Positions 26,086-39,399 of a stretch of DNA of 64,000 nt are shown piece by piece. Every line of letters begins with the position of its first letter. Within the stretch, counting starts at the first letter, position 1. The notes below the pieces were generated by a model that was not told the DNA's origin, did not search any database, and saw only the letters and a list, made by a program, of their open reading frames with translations. A program made the translations under genes and the position numbers. The stretch covers positions 97,776,001 to 97,840,000 of the forward strand of contig NC_087472.1 in the NCBI RefSeq assembly GCF_036321535.1, written 5' to 3'. Source of the DNA: Camelus dromedarius (Eukaryota).

Positions 26086-26204
26086 ATTCATACTAAATTA
26101 GCTGGAGTAAATGACAAGGGGGGTGTAATCAGCATAACTGTTTATGTCCCTTGACTATCTAGTAGTTAGTGATCTCTGAGGCATTTCTTAACATCTTCCT
26201 CTGA

Positions 26205-26371
26205 TCCAGGAGTCCTCAAGCTTGGCTGCATGTTAGAATCTCATGAGAACTTTTAAAAATGCCAAGGGCCCATCTGTAGAGATACTGCTTTAATGTAGGT
26301 GAAACGTAGGCATCAGTATTTTTAAAAATCCCCAGATGATTCTAATGTGTAGCTGGGGTTGAGAACCATTG
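26205..26371. mobile_element. MER5-type hAT-Charlie MITE
   Basis: ctcaagcttggctgcatgttagaatc...ccccagatgattctaatgtg...ggttgagaaccattg. Confidence 0.85.
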
Positions 26372-26679
26372 TTCTAAACAAATATATACCTCTTCATTTG
26401 AGATATGCTAAGTAGAGATAAGGTGCCCAGAGGTAACTGTAACATTCCCCTGAACTGGCTAATCAGTACAGTTGCATCACATAACCTAAGAATGTGTGAA
26501 ATAGATACCATATAGTAAAAGTCAGAGGGGCATTAGGAAGAATAGGACTAGTAGGAAACATACCAAACTGAAGGTAGGTTGAATCCATGCGTTGGAAACA
26601 CACCAGTGGAGGCAGTTTGCTGTTCTTGAAGGAGAATTATACAGGGACTAAAGCACAAATACTTACATAAACATGGACC

Positions 26680-26785
26680 AGTCATTATCCTTATCTGGAC
26701 CTCATTCACCTCATCTACAAAATAAGAGGACTTAATTCATTGATTTCCAATTCGCTTTGTCTTCTAAAATTTTGTGGTTTCTAAA
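26680..26785 (+). mobile_element. MIR3 remnant
   Basis: tctggacctcattcacctcatctacaaaataag...ttctaaaattttgtggtttct. Confidence 0.55.
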
Positions 26786-26799
26786 ATACAGAAGGATTA

Positions 26800-26925
26800 A
26801 AACATGCTATGCCAGGGCCCCTCCTCAAACCAGTTAAATCAGAAAGAACTTCCAGGAGTGGAGTGTGGATGTCAGTATTTTTTAAATGCTCCCAAGGAAT
26901 TCTAATATTCAGTCAGCATTGGTAG
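26800..26925. mobile_element. MER5 fragment
   Basis: accagttaaatcagaa...gtcagtattttttaaatgctcccaaggaattctaat. Confidence 0.65.
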
Positions 26926-27307
26926 CAGTTAGACTTGAAGAATATGCTACAGTGCAGTTTTATGTGGAATGAGAAAAAGGACAGAATAAAGTCTTTGAAG
27001 TTGAAAAAAACGGGATAAAAATCACTAACACTTTTATAGGTTAATTAAAAACTCATAGTACCTTTTCCACCTCTTATTGATTTTTTCACTTTTACCACAG
27101 TCTTAGATCATGGTTCAGCATCTGTTTTCTCTCTTCTCTTTTGAACCTGTCTTACTAAGACATTTCATTACCAATGAATATTTCATTTGAAGAATTGAGA
27201 AAGTGATCAAAAGCAGTATTACTTGGGAAATGGAATTTACAAGATCTACTGCTAAGAGAGATGTCACTGAAACTGTAACGGAATATATTTTATTTTAATT
27301 TTTACAG

Positions 27308-27328
27308 CTGTGAGGATGTGTGCTTTCA
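27308..27328 (+). other. Candidate 21-nt microexon of an unidentified host gene
   Basis: tattttattttaatttttacag|ctgtgaggatgtgtgctttca|gtaagt; length is a multiple of 3; two stop-free frames. Confidence 0.3.
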
Positions 27329-27669
27329 GTAAGTGTATATTAAAGGCAATTCACTAAAAATGTCAGCATCTGTAGAAAAAAAAAAAGAGAGAGAAAGAAA
27401 GAGAGGACACAAGAAAACAGACTAAATTTAGTCAGAGAGAGGCTAAAGGCATATGTTTTATTATGTACAGTTGTTGGGAGCATGGTAGCTTAGCCCAACA
27501 AAAAACTGGGCAAATGGCCAGTATCTGGTGGGCAAAAAAAAAAAATCTTTTCCAGAGGCAGTATATTCACCCCCAACATCTTCCTCAAGTCTTGGCCATT
27601 CTTCCCATTGTCTTAGAAGCAGTAAGAGTTTACTCCCAGAAATTGCACCTCTTACAAGTCCTATCTGGA

Positions 27670-27862
27670 GATGTGATGCCCCAAACAGTAGCTACTAGCC
27701 ACATGTGCCTATATAAATTTAAAATTAAATTAACTAAAACTCAAAATTTAGTTCTTTTGTCCCACTGGCCACATTTCACATGCTTGATAACTACATGTGG
27801 GTATTGGCTACCATATTGGATAGCAAAGAATATTTCCATCATCACAGAAAATACTGGACAGG
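27670..27862. mobile_element. MER3-like hAT-Charlie MITE
   Basis: gtagctactagccacatgtg...ggccacatttca...tggctaccatattggatagc. Confidence 0.85.
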
Positions 27863-28145
27863 GTCTCACTGGAGTCTTAGCAGTGTTAAAGTTAAACTTA
27901 CTTGCTAACCAAAGGTAATTTCCTGTTCTTTTGGAGCCCTATAGTACATAAAGTCTATGGGTCTCAGTGTTCTCCTCTGACAAATGGATATGAAAATAAT
28001 GCTTGACTCCAAAGGAAAGGTTATACAATTATGTTTCAGTATCCTAAGGAGCATAATTCTAAATAAAAACCCTTACACATGAAAAACAACTATGTTAGAA
28101 CTCATAATCAGAGGGGAAACTAAGGTGTAGTAATAGAAGGCTTAC

Positions 28146-28346
28146 CAGTATTTCTCAAAATTTACTTTATGTACCACTTGCTTTGGACTCCCCCCTCTCC
28201 TCTCCAGCCCCACTATTGCTTATTAAACATACAGATTTCTGTGCCTTATCCCAGAGTTACTGAATCAATATTTGAATGGAACCCATGACTGGGCATTTTA
28301 ACAAATCCGCTGATGATGCTTATGCATACATAATATTGAAAAAATG
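28146..28346. mobile_element. MER5B-like MITE
   Basis: cagtatttctcaaa...tgcttattaaacatacagatttct...tactgaatca...gcattttaacaa. Confidence 0.65.
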
Positions 28347-29009
28347 CCTTTTGGGGGAAAAAAAATCATTTCTAATCCTCCCCAGCATCCCCCACTTTGT
28401 GTTTACATTTTAATGTGACTGATTTAATTTATCACTCCTTTTGGTCATTAGGTTATTTGCAAACCTGTTCACGAAGTCAGAGTTCTCTCCAACAGCGAGG
28501 TTACACTCATGATCCTGTAGAGAGTTAAATGGCAGTGTATTCCACACTCACTTTTCCCGTGACTGGGCAGTACCAGTGACTTTTAGTAATTTTATTTAGC
28601 ATATCTTGCATAAATTGCTCATTTGGGGCTAGCCAAATGATCACCTAGGAAATATTTTGCAGTTTCTGAAAGAAGCTGTTTCAATTGCAAACAGCAGGAA
28701 AACACAGCCATTAAAAGAGAAAGAATGCCTGTGTTTTTACAACAAAATAATTAGAAGCCATTACTGGCGCTGTTTAGATTTCAGTACCCCATCTATCTTA
28801 CTTTCAATTAGAAACAGTGTGCCCAGATAGGAAGAGTCTGGCTAAACATGAGTGCATTTTGACTGTACTGTTTTGATAAAGTGTGACCCCACTGATAACA
28901 TAGTCCATGCAGTATTCTTTAAGTACAACTTGGTTGGCTGATAACAAATTTTTGAGGTAAAGAGCTGGGTACCAATTTCATGAATTTATATCCATTTATC
29001 CATCATGGT

Positions 29010-29300
29010 ATTAGAATCTCAAAGATGAACTATTTAGTTTAAGCTCTACTTCTACCCAATGTCTGGATCATTGCACAGCTTTCCCAGTACATGATAGTCC
29101 ACCCTCCATTACAGCACTTTCAAAAAGGAGATCATCCAGAGGAAGCCGTTCCCACTCTGGGACAGCAGTGACTCGTACACACTTCCTGTATCTTTTATCA
29201 TGTGGCTCTAGTCCTGCCCTCTTGGACCACAAGGAGTAAACCTAATATCTCTTTACATGACAGCTTTCCCAAGACTGGAAAATTACTAGGGCATTTCCCC
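29010..29300 (-). mobile_element. CR1/L3 LINE remnant
   Basis: tggctctagtcctgccctcttggaccacaaggagtaaacctaat...tttacatgacagc. Confidence 0.5.
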
Positions 29301-30225
29301 TTGTCATCACCATTGTGTATTCAGAAATACTTTCTTTTAACTAACATATTCTGGCTTTCAGCTTGTGGTGATGAAAATAGAACAAATCATTATAAATTTC
29401 TTCTACTTCAAAACACTTGCCCATATTCTTAATTTAGACAATGAAAGGTTGACAGTTCATAGTTGGCAATTCAAGGAGACTTAACCTGTAGCAAAGACTA
29501 TCTTGACTAAAGAGGGTTTTTAAGAAAATACATCCATTTCGTCTAATCTTCAGTGGTCTATCGAATCTCTTTGCTAAAAGCTCAAAGTTTATTCAGTAAT
29601 TCAGCTTATTTATTAAATGTCCGATTGCTACATGTAGGGACACAATCATGAGTAAGAAGCTTAAGATCTAGAAAAACATTTAGATACCTGTTATAATACA
29701 AATCTTAAGCACTGCCCTTTCATGAGTGCTCATTTAAAAGTGGCACCACAGGCAGTGGTGGGGTAGGGCTTGGGGGGTCGAAGCAACAGAAAGGGCACTA
29801 ATCTAGTTTTAGAGAGGTAGAATCTAATTTTGTAAGTCCAGCTCTGCCTTGTAAATATATCAAATGGCCTTCACCCAGTCATTGAGCCTGATTCGGCTGC
29901 CATTTTCAATGTTGCGCCTACCTCATCAATTTGCATGCATTTTGTTGTAATCAGTTGAGAAGATGCTTGTCTTTCTATTAAAGAGAAGGAATAAATACAG
30001 ATATAATAATAATCTGTATTTGCTGTATTTACACTTTACAAAGTTGCTTCTCAAACATTATATCCTTAAATATTTTCAAAGATTTGTGAACCCTTACTTC
30101 ACTTGGGAGGGAAAGAAATGGCAGCTGAGATGGGATAGGCATTCAATTTGAAAATTATTACAGTGATTTTTTATCATTATTTTCTGTGTAACCATTCCAG
30201 GTTGTTTTGTTAATGTCTGATGATG

Positions 30226-30268
30226 GTTTTTTTGGTTGTTGTTGTTGTTTTGTTTTGTTTTGTTTTTG
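30226..30268. repeat. (GTT)n/(GTTTT)n simple repeat
   Basis: Read directly from the sequence. Confidence 0.9.
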
Positions 30269-31055
30269 CCCAAAGTCAAGTCTGCTGTCTACTTTGTAGA
30301 TGCTAAAGCTAATTTAGTAGATTATGATAGCTCCTTCTCTTTAAAAGCCTAAGTTTTTTTTTTTTTTCACGATAGATAAGCTTTTGCCAATTTCCAACCT
30401 TTGCCACACTGATCAAGTACCTGACTTTATGGCTTGACAGCAGGGAGCTTGTTTCCTCCAACCATTTTAAAAGTAGCTGCTGAAACATGAATATCAGAAG
30501 GAAAATAAAGAGACCTCTTGAATCAGTAGCTTGATCCCTTTCTGTTCTAGTTCTCTTTTCCCAGATACATACTTCGTAATGTTTTGTTAGTTGAGTTTTA
30601 AGTGTCTCAAGAGGTGCTGGATCTGGCACTTCTTGGCAGCATATTTCACAGTCTAATAATCTTAATAGCTTTAATAGCCGTGGAATGTGTTTAATCCAGT
30701 CTTACTTGTTTCTATAGGTTAAAATTTCCCAAGGGCCTCTTGTCACCCTAGCAGTTGGGATTTTTCAATGGTCTCAAGACTTTTTTTTATTGCTTAAACT
30801 TTTACCTTTTATTTTTAGTGCCTAAAAAAAAAAGGTTTGGAATGAGCATTTTACTTTGTCCTTCAAAGGCCTTCCATGGTCACAACCAGGATCATTTGCA
30901 GCGTTCTTTTCTCAGCTTAATCCTACAGCTTTCTTCTTTTGTCCCGTCCCATCAAATTAAGTTAGTTCTCTATATCCTTATTTAGGTAGCAGTAATTAAA
31001 GTAGTGCCTGTAATTTACTCTGTGTTTACTACAAATCAGGTGGTGGGCTACATTA

Positions 31056-31254
31056 CGAGACTTCCTCAGTCTCGGCACAGTTGACTTCATGGGTTGGATT
31101 AATTCCTTATTGTAGGGGACTGTCCACTATAAGATGGTGAACAGTATCCCTGGCTCCTATCTGCTAGATGTTGCCAGTAGCACCACCAAGTTGTAACAAC
31201 CAAAACTGTCCCCAGATGTTCACTAGGGAGCAAAATTGCTCCTGAGAACCAGTG
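31056..31254. mobile_element. MER20 hAT-Charlie MITE
   Basis: ctcagtctcggcacagttgac...ccctggctcctatctgctagatg...aaccaaaactgtccccagatgtt...gagaaccagtg. Confidence 0.88.
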
Positions 31255-31259
31255 ACTTA

Positions 31260-31430
31260 CATGATCTCTTACAAAATCCTTGTAAAACAAATGTTATTAT
31301 CACAATTTTATAGCTGAAGAAAATAAGACTAAAGGAGGATAAAAAATTTTATCTAGAGTCACACAGTGAGCAAATGGAGAAGCCAAGATTCGAGCCCCTC
31401 TTCTGACTTCAAAGCTGATATTTTCCTCCT
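31260..31430 (-). mobile_element. MIR SINE
   Basis: agagtcacacagtgagcaaatggagaagccaagattcgagccc...ctgacttcaaagc. Confidence 0.75.
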
Positions 31431-32136
31431 GTCAGTACAAACTTACTTCAGTAGTATGTTCATAAAGTTAGTTTTGCTGTAATACTTTTACCACATTTGA
31501 GTTGAGTGGCATTTATTCTTCTTCACATTTCTTCAGTTTTTCTTCTTATTTATTTTTCTATTTCATCTGAACTTTTAAATCTCCTTACCTTAGAGGGAAA
31601 TAATTCCCTCTACTGCTGTGTGAGGATCTTTTTTTTGTATTGTTATTAATCAGTACTTTATCACTGTCTTTTTTGAAGCCAGGATTACTTACCTGAACTA
31701 TCAAGAGCTCATTTTGTTTTAATTTTGACTTCTAAAGAATGCGGGATCCCTCCCAGCTTGCCTAGTCCACAAATTTCATTAGTCCTTCCTCTATTACATC
31801 AATAAAATATTTGCTATTCTGGATGGCGTACTCCATTACATGTCTCTTCCCAAAATAGCTTTCTCTCTATTTGGATTTTTGCCAGTTTACAATTCATTGA
31901 TCCCATCTAATTCATAGCATCCCATTTTCCCATAAAGATGGGATCAGGTGCTGAGGAAAAGCAGAAGAAAAGGATAATGAACAGGTAAGCAGTGTGACAG
32001 TAGCAGCAGCAGCAGCCACAGGAAAAGGCTGTATTCCTTCATCTCCTAGAGGCATATACCTTAGGAAAATCATCTAAACACTACAAAATGCAGTTTGAAC
32101 TCAGTCTTACTCAACACAAATGAAGACTATGAAATA

Positions 32137-32461
32137 TAGTTGACCCTTGAACAACACAGGAATTATGGATGCCAACTCCCCGCACAGTCAAAACTCCCTG
32201 TGCTGTTACCTCTGCCTCAAAAACAAAGGGATTGATAAATGACTCACCCAAGGGCAGGAAACTGAAACAGTTTGGGTAGGATCCGGACTCCAGCTCTAGT
32301 TCTTTGGATCCCACATATTGTGATCTCTAATTGAACACAAACTTACCCACACACTTAGTTAATTTAAAGATCTGTAATATGAAATTATTTTGTTTATTTT
32401 AAAAAATCTGCATATAAGTGGACCTGCACAGCTCAAACCTGTGTTGTTCAAGGGTCAACTG
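32137..32461 (-). mobile_element. Tigger2-type (MER28/Tigger2a-like) TcMar MITE
   Basis: 24-bp terminal inverted repeats (t)agttgacccttgaacaacacagg at 32137-32160 and cctgtgttgttcaagggtcaactg at 32438-32461 (23/24); flanked by TA and TG. Confidence 0.92.
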
Positions 32462-32495
32462 TGTATGATTTATACCTAGGCTTCAGATCCTTGTT

Positions 32496-34222
32496 GTTTT
32501 TTTTTTTAATATATATCTTTATTGAAGTATAGTCAGTTTATAATGTGTCAATTTCTGGTGTACAGCATAATGCTTCAGTCATACATGAACATACATATAT
32601 TCGTTTTCATATCCTTTTTCACCACGTTACTACAAGATATTGTGAGTATAGTTCCCTGTGCTATACAGTATGAACTTGTTTATTTTATATATATTAGTTA
32701 ATATCTGCAAATCTCAAACTCCCAATTTATCCCTTACCACCACTTTCCTGCCCTAGTAACCGTAAGTTTGTTTTCTATGTCTAGGAGTCTGTTTCTGTTT
32801 AGTAAATAAGTTCACTTGGCTTTGTTTGTTTAGATTCCACATATAAGTGATATTGTATGGTATTTTTCTTTCTCTTTCTGGCTTACTTAGAATGACGATC
32901 TCCAGGTCCATCCATGTTGCTGCAAATGGCATTATTTTGTTCTTTTTTATGGCTGAGTAGTAGTCCATTGTCTAAATATACCACAACTTCTTTAACCAGT
33001 CATCTGTCCATGGACATTTAGGCTGCTTCCATGTCTTGGCTGTTGTAATTAGTGCTGCTATGAACATTGGGGTGCATGTGTCTTTTTGAATTAAGGTTCC
33101 CTCTGGATATATGCCCAGGAGTGGGATTGCTGGATCATGTGGTAGGTCTATTTTTAGTCTTCTGAGGAATGTCCATACTGTTTTCCATAATGGCTGCAGC
33201 AAACTGCATTCCCACCATCAGTGTACAAGGGTTCCCTTTTCTCCACAGCCTCTCCAGTATTTATCATTTGTGGACTTTTGAATGATGGCCATTCTGACTG
33301 GTGTGAGGTGATACCTCATTGTAGTTTTGATTTGCATTTCTCTAATAATTAGCAATATTGAGCATTTTTTCACATGCCTATTGACTACTTGTATGTCTTC
33401 CTTGGAGAATTGTTTAGGTCTTCTACCCATTTTTGGATTGGGTTGTTTGTTTTTTTCTTATTAAGTTTCATGAGCTGTTTATATATTCTGGAAATTAAGC
33501 CTTTGTCAGTCTCATGTTTTGCAAATATTTTCTCCCATTCTATAGGTTGTCGTTTTGTTTTGCTTATGGTTTCCTTTGCTGTGCAAAAGCTTGTAAGTTT
33601 AATTAGGTCCTGCTTGTTTATTTTTGCTTTTATTTCTGTTGCCTGGGTAGATTGCCCTAGGAGACCACTGTGAGATTTATGTCAGATAATGTTTTGCTTA
33701 TGTTTTCTTCTAAAAGGCTTACAGTGTCTTGTCTTATGTTTAAGTCTTTAAGCCATTTTGAGTTTATTTTTGTGTATTGTGTGAGGGAGTATTCTAACTT
33801 CGTGGATTTATATGCAGCTGTCCAGTTTTCCCAAGAACATTTGCTGAAGATACTGTCGTTACTCCATTGTATGTTCTTGCCTCCTTTGCCAAAAATTAAT
33901 TGACCAAAAGTTTGTGGGTTTATTTCTGGGCGCTCTATTCTGTTCCATTGATCCTTATGTCTGTTTTTGTGCCAATACCATGCTGTTTTGATTATTGTAG
34001 CTCTGTAGTATTGTCTAAAGTCTAGGAGGGTTATTCCTCCAGCTTCATTCTTTTTCTTGAGTATTGCTCTGGCAATTCTGTGTCTTTTGTAATTCCATAT
34101 AAATTTTAGGATTATTTGTTCTAGCTCTGTGAAGAATATCCTGAGTAATTTGATAGGGATCACATTAAATCTGTAGATTGCTTTGGGTGGTATGGGCCAT
34201 TTTAACAATATTAATTCTTGAA
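32496..34222 (-). mobile_element. Young 5'-truncated L1 with TSD
   Basis: atccttgtt at 32487-32495 and 34223-34231; ORF2 C-terminal ORFs 33657-34208, 33218-33430, 32972-33202, 32753-32968. Confidence 0.96.
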
Positions 34223-35580
34223 ATCCTTGTTTATACTTATTAGCTTCAGTGAAAAACCTGATTTAGATTTTAAGAGTTCAGCAATGGGTCAAATGGTTTC
34301 AGAGGAACAGAAGGACAAAATTCAATGTTAGTCCATCTTTTAAAATGTAGCCTAACAGACTTCACAGGAAACACTAAGCTGACAAAAAAAAATAGATTCT
34401 CATTTTTCCCCTCTGGTGACTCTAATCACTCTGTCTTGAGGTCAACACTGCAGGTGTAACAGAATGAAAGTCACAGGTTTTAGAGAATGCCAAATAAGCC
34501 AAAGAACAAAACTACAACTGTGGACTGTAAAGTACTAAGGAACATCTGCTGGATTAATAAGGTGTTTTTTTTTTAGGGGTGACCAAAATAATGCATTTGT
34601 AAGATGTTTGGGTAAATTGAGTGTGACACCACAAGTCTCATATGGAACAAAGTTCATTCAAATACTGGTGGTCTGTGTCTGTGGCATATGTTTCATAAAC
34701 ACATTTCTCTGACCAGCTGCAAACTATTTAATAACTGGATTACTGATCAGATATTTTGTAAATAACCTGTGAGTTGATTGAATTCCATCTGTTTCCTTTT
34801 CCTGGTTTGCATGTGTAGGCGCATGAAAGTAACTTAAAACAACTGAATAACAAGTGCTAAAATGACACATTTCCTTTTGGCATCCAGATTGCCAGGACGG
34901 AATTTAGGGAATGAGAGAGGTAGGCTGATTTTGCACCCTTAAAGATTTCTGTTTACTACTTTACTGTGCTTATCAACAGAACACATGTTTGTTTAAAAGA
35001 CTCAGGAGGGTTAAGGAAAGAGCCTTGTAAACATTATGTAATGATATGAAAGCCCAGTATTGAAAATGTCATGACAGACATCTAGTAGAAACTGGGAAAA
35101 GAGTGATCATTTCCCAAATAGTTAAATGTATGTGAAGTTAGGGGTGAAATACTAAATATTCTGGTTTTAAATTCAAGGTTTGCACATTTTTAACTGAAAG
35201 AAGTCATGGAGATAATGATTTGAGCTATGTTTAGTATCCAATGAACTAGTCATTTTCTTATTAGTAACTATCTCAGTCAACTTCCAGAATTCCCTGTGAC
35301 TGTATCAAAATATCCCAAGCAAGATGAGATGCTAACAAGTGAGTTTTTAGAATTCAGATTGGTTTAACAGATGTCACAAGTATCTGTGAATATTTAGGCA
35401 TCAGAGACATGATAATGCTATGTGTTGATTCACTGTTACCAAAATTCTCATATTCTATGGGGGCTCCTTTTTGGGTTATGATTGAGGAAGATAAGGACAT
35501 AAATAAATAAAATCAGAGGTGAGTTATTTGGATCAATACAAATTGGACTATCTCTGTACCTCTATCATAGCAAATAGCAC

Positions 35581-36045
35581 TCGTCTTGGGTTGAGTTCTC
35601 CCAAAAGCAAGCCCTGAGACAGGGATTTAAGCACAGATAGTTTATGTGGAAGATGGTTCCAGCAGTGACTGAGAGGGCAAGGAGGAGCCAGAATAGGCAA
35701 GGGAAGGAAGCCAGTACAGGCTGCATGATGAACAGGTTCCCACTGAGAGCAAATGGAACAGTCCCAACACTGGAAACTTCCAGGAGACAGTGGAGGAGAT
35801 GCCTCTGAGCTGACCCACCCAAGAGCCAAGGAGGCTAATGGTATATATCTGTCAATTCTGGCTGTCCTTTATGGACGACTGCCCCCAGGGGCAGAAGTCC
35901 CCGGAGGTGGCCTGTCCTATGTGCAGCTTGAACAAGCTCCTGGGGTTGGAGACTGCCCTCTGGCAGAGACACACAGAAGCTTGTAGTAAGATGCCCTTGG
36001 CCCATGAGTGGGACACAGACAGCATCTGTGATGGCACTAGTATTC
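35581..36045 (-). mobile_element. ERVL LTR16-like solo LTR
   Basis: gtcttgggttgagttctcccaaaagcaagccctgagacagggatttaagcacagatagtttat is the reverse complement of the LTR16-type 3' end. Confidence 0.75.
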
Positions 36046-39000
36046 CCTAAAATATCAACATGAAGCCCCCTAAATGAAAAGTTCAAATGGGTTAGCGTTT
36101 GGGATCAGAAATGTGAAATCCAATTCCAGTTAACTGCTGTTTAAAAAAAAAAAAAAAAAAGAAAGGAAACCAGTATTTTCCTGATATTCCTCAAAACTGC
36201 TCACACAGGAAAATCTACAGAACCCTTGTTAATTGAATCCCACACCATTTTTCCAGCCAAGGCTGTTGTATGCTATGTCCATTTAAACAGAAAACCTCAC
36301 TGGTTCTGACTTGCTTTTGTCAATTTGCTGATGTCCTGGGGTGCTTCATTTACACATGCACTTTCTAACTGAAAGAGTGGCCCTTGGAGAGAAGTCTTGG
36401 CAATCATTTTAATTAGCAGCAACTTGAAGACTGTCTTTTCTTTCTTCCCCCAGTAACCCTAATGAACTGAGAGATAAGCTTATAAAGTTTTGCCCCAAAG
36501 GTTTCTCAGCTGGCAGCTGATCAAAGTGTGCAGAGGCAATAATACTAGACAACTATTTCATTCTCAGGCTGATTTTTAAACTATTAATTATAGTCAAGCT
36601 AAGAGGTGAAGGAAGGTCTGTGATTGCTAGAATCATTTATAAGTTGTCAACACTTTTTTGGTCTACCCTGAAACCTCAAAGAGTTCAAGGGAAAAAAATA
36701 TTCATATGAATTCAGAAGATAAACTTTTAAAAATGTTCTTTACTCTCTGAAGAGCTTATCTCTGCACAACTATCCTTAATAACTGTCCTTAATCTTTCTT
36801 GTCTCAGAGTTAAGGAAATCCTTAAATATGCAGCCATTTCAAAATTGAACAGAACCAGAACTGATGCTGAAATTATAAAGCACAAGACAAATGAAACATT
36901 CACTCACACCTGTACACTTTTGCTGTATTTTCATTTTAAATGAAGTTTTTTAGGTCCATTTCCACTTTGATCAGACTCTTGATTCTTTTAGGATGCTGCT
37001 GGTTTTTTTCTGTTGCTTTCTCTCACCTTCTTTGAGTCAGTCTTGGCCAACTCTTAGAATAGATTCACATGCTCCAAGAAACTACATCATTGTATGTCAG
37101 TACACTCTCATTCTTTAAACTTACCTAAACACCTGTACCCTGGGTGGGCCAATACCAGGAGGAGATACTAAAGGGAAGGGCTTAGATGCAGAGCTCTATC
37201 TACCAAATAAGCCCTTTCTTGCAGGACAGAGCTTTCAAACTAGCTTTTTAAAATCATTCTTTTGTTTCCCAGAAGCAAATTGTCCACTATTGTATTTTCA
37301 GTAACTAGTATCATTTTAGAGATGCTCTTTTTACTTGCAAGTCAGATGGCACATTTTAAATCATCTCCTCTTATAAAATGCCAAGACAGAGAGCATTATA
37401 TAAATTCAAGGCATGTACAATACTATGCACAATTCTTATTGAATAAAAATAGATCTTAGAGTCATATAGTTACTGTCTACATGATCCTCTAACAACCCAT
37501 GACATATGAAACACTCAGGTGGTTAGGCAAGTTGTTTCAGCTCCATTAAACCAAGCATCCAGTGTACAGAGAAATCATTTAGGTGCTTGATTACATTGTT
37601 TTCACATTTGGTCTGTTGACTTGGCTTCATGGCAGTAAAGCCCTGGAACCCCACTGACTCCCTGAAAATGTATTTATTTCTGACAACAGAGCTATCTTCG
37701 AGCTACTTTTCTGCCATTTCCATAATGATTGGCATAGACCTTGACTATTTTACATGTCTGTGTTACTTGATCATAGGAAAAATAATTCCAGGCTCAGTTA
37801 AAGATGAAGAAATGTTTAAAACAGAGCTTTGTGACTATTCTGAAATGATATTAAACAGTGCAAAGTAATGTCAAACTTGGGTTTTCCGGAAATATGAAGT
37901 CTCTCATATTTTCAGAAAATAATTTGCAGAATTCTTTTGGACCATCTAATGAGATGCATTGCCAGCTATTGCATTTTATAAACTTGAAGAGGTTGAATGG
38001 TTTTTCCTTTCCTTGTCCAATCCAGTTCTCTTTAAGTGTTTCAAGCCAGCTTGGATTTCCTTGGCATCGCCGCATGTGGCTTTTCCAGGATTGTCTGATG
38101 GTACTGCTGTGAAATGTGATTAGGGAATTTGAGAGAAGGAAGTTGGCTGAAGGTCATTACCAATTAGATGAAAACTAAAGGCTACAGAGCTACTCAAACA
38201 GAGTAATGAATAATTATCCAAACTTTGTGAAAGACATTTAGAATGTAATTTCATTGTGGGTTTTCATTAAATTGAAAAACGGCAGAGCTATCAAGTCTGC
38301 CAGACACCCCAATACACTACTTCCATGGCAAGGCAATTTCCTGTCATCAGGGAGGAGTGGCTAGTGGGCTAAGGTTGGAGCAAGATTGCAGAATTGCTTA
38401 AGCCGTCATCAGTAGGTACCTCAATGGATAAGAGAAGCTCAAACCAAAGTGTGGCCCTCTAACCATCAATCCTAGTAGTCTCACAGGCCTGAGCATGATA
38501 TTGCAACATCCTCCAACAGTTCCTTAGTTATTAGAGAATATAAAAGGGTAGCCGTCTCCTGAGACCAGCATCTGCCTCACCTAATAGTAGGGGATTAGAT
38601 TCTTTGCTTGTATCTCTAATAGGCTGATATAAAATACTAATTTGCCCCATTTTAAAATCATATTGCATATATTCCCTGTGAGCATACAGGTGTATAAAAT
38701 TACAGTCATGTTAACAGCATCACCAATTACATCATCCTATTTTTCTCAAAAGCAATATAATTATATATAAAAAATTCAAGCAGAGATGTGACCAAGCAAA
38801 CCCAGAAACGTGTGACTGGTTCTAGTGAGCTGAGAATGAATACTATTTAATATTTATCATTCAACTCTATAACCAAAAGGAAAATATAGTACTGTAAGTC
38901 TTAAGCATTAAGAAGGAAAAGATATGCCAATCCCACCAGAAGAAACTGCTTCACCTAGAGTAGACCACAAAGAGTGGGAAAATTAGAGTCAAAGAATGAC

Positions 39001-39399
39001 CATAAAATCCTCCATTAGAAACTGGAAGTCTGAATTTCAGACAGCGTTTAGTGATTTGGCCCAAATCACAAGCAACAGAAGCCTGTGACGAAGGTGGATA
39101 TTACAGGTCAGCCTTTTCCCATTTCTGAGTTATAGAATGCTTTGTAAAATTAGGCTGTGTTGTGTCTCAGAAATTCATTGAAGTGTCCAAACATATCTGA
39201 GCTGGAACTTCTAAAGGAGATAAAGCAGTCAAATGCATCTATAGAAAACGGAAGAACTACACATCCATTCTGTGAAAAGAATTTCCACAGCAGCTATGAA
39301 TCATAAGATGAAAATTAGTCCTGTGTTTAACTGCAGGAAAACTAAATCCAAATTAAACTAATGTAGCATTGTCATTTTTACACACTAAACAAATATTAT

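Noticed and set aside
31938..31984. 47-nt purine-rich exon-like segment ending at cag|gtaagc (MGSGAEEKQKKRIMN)
   Set aside because: AAG acceptor is weak, length is not a multiple of 3, and the peptide is unrecognised
33657..34208. Longest ORF in the track (183 aa) as a host gene
   Set aside because: It is an L1 ORF2 fragment inside a 5'-truncated, TSD-bounded insertion
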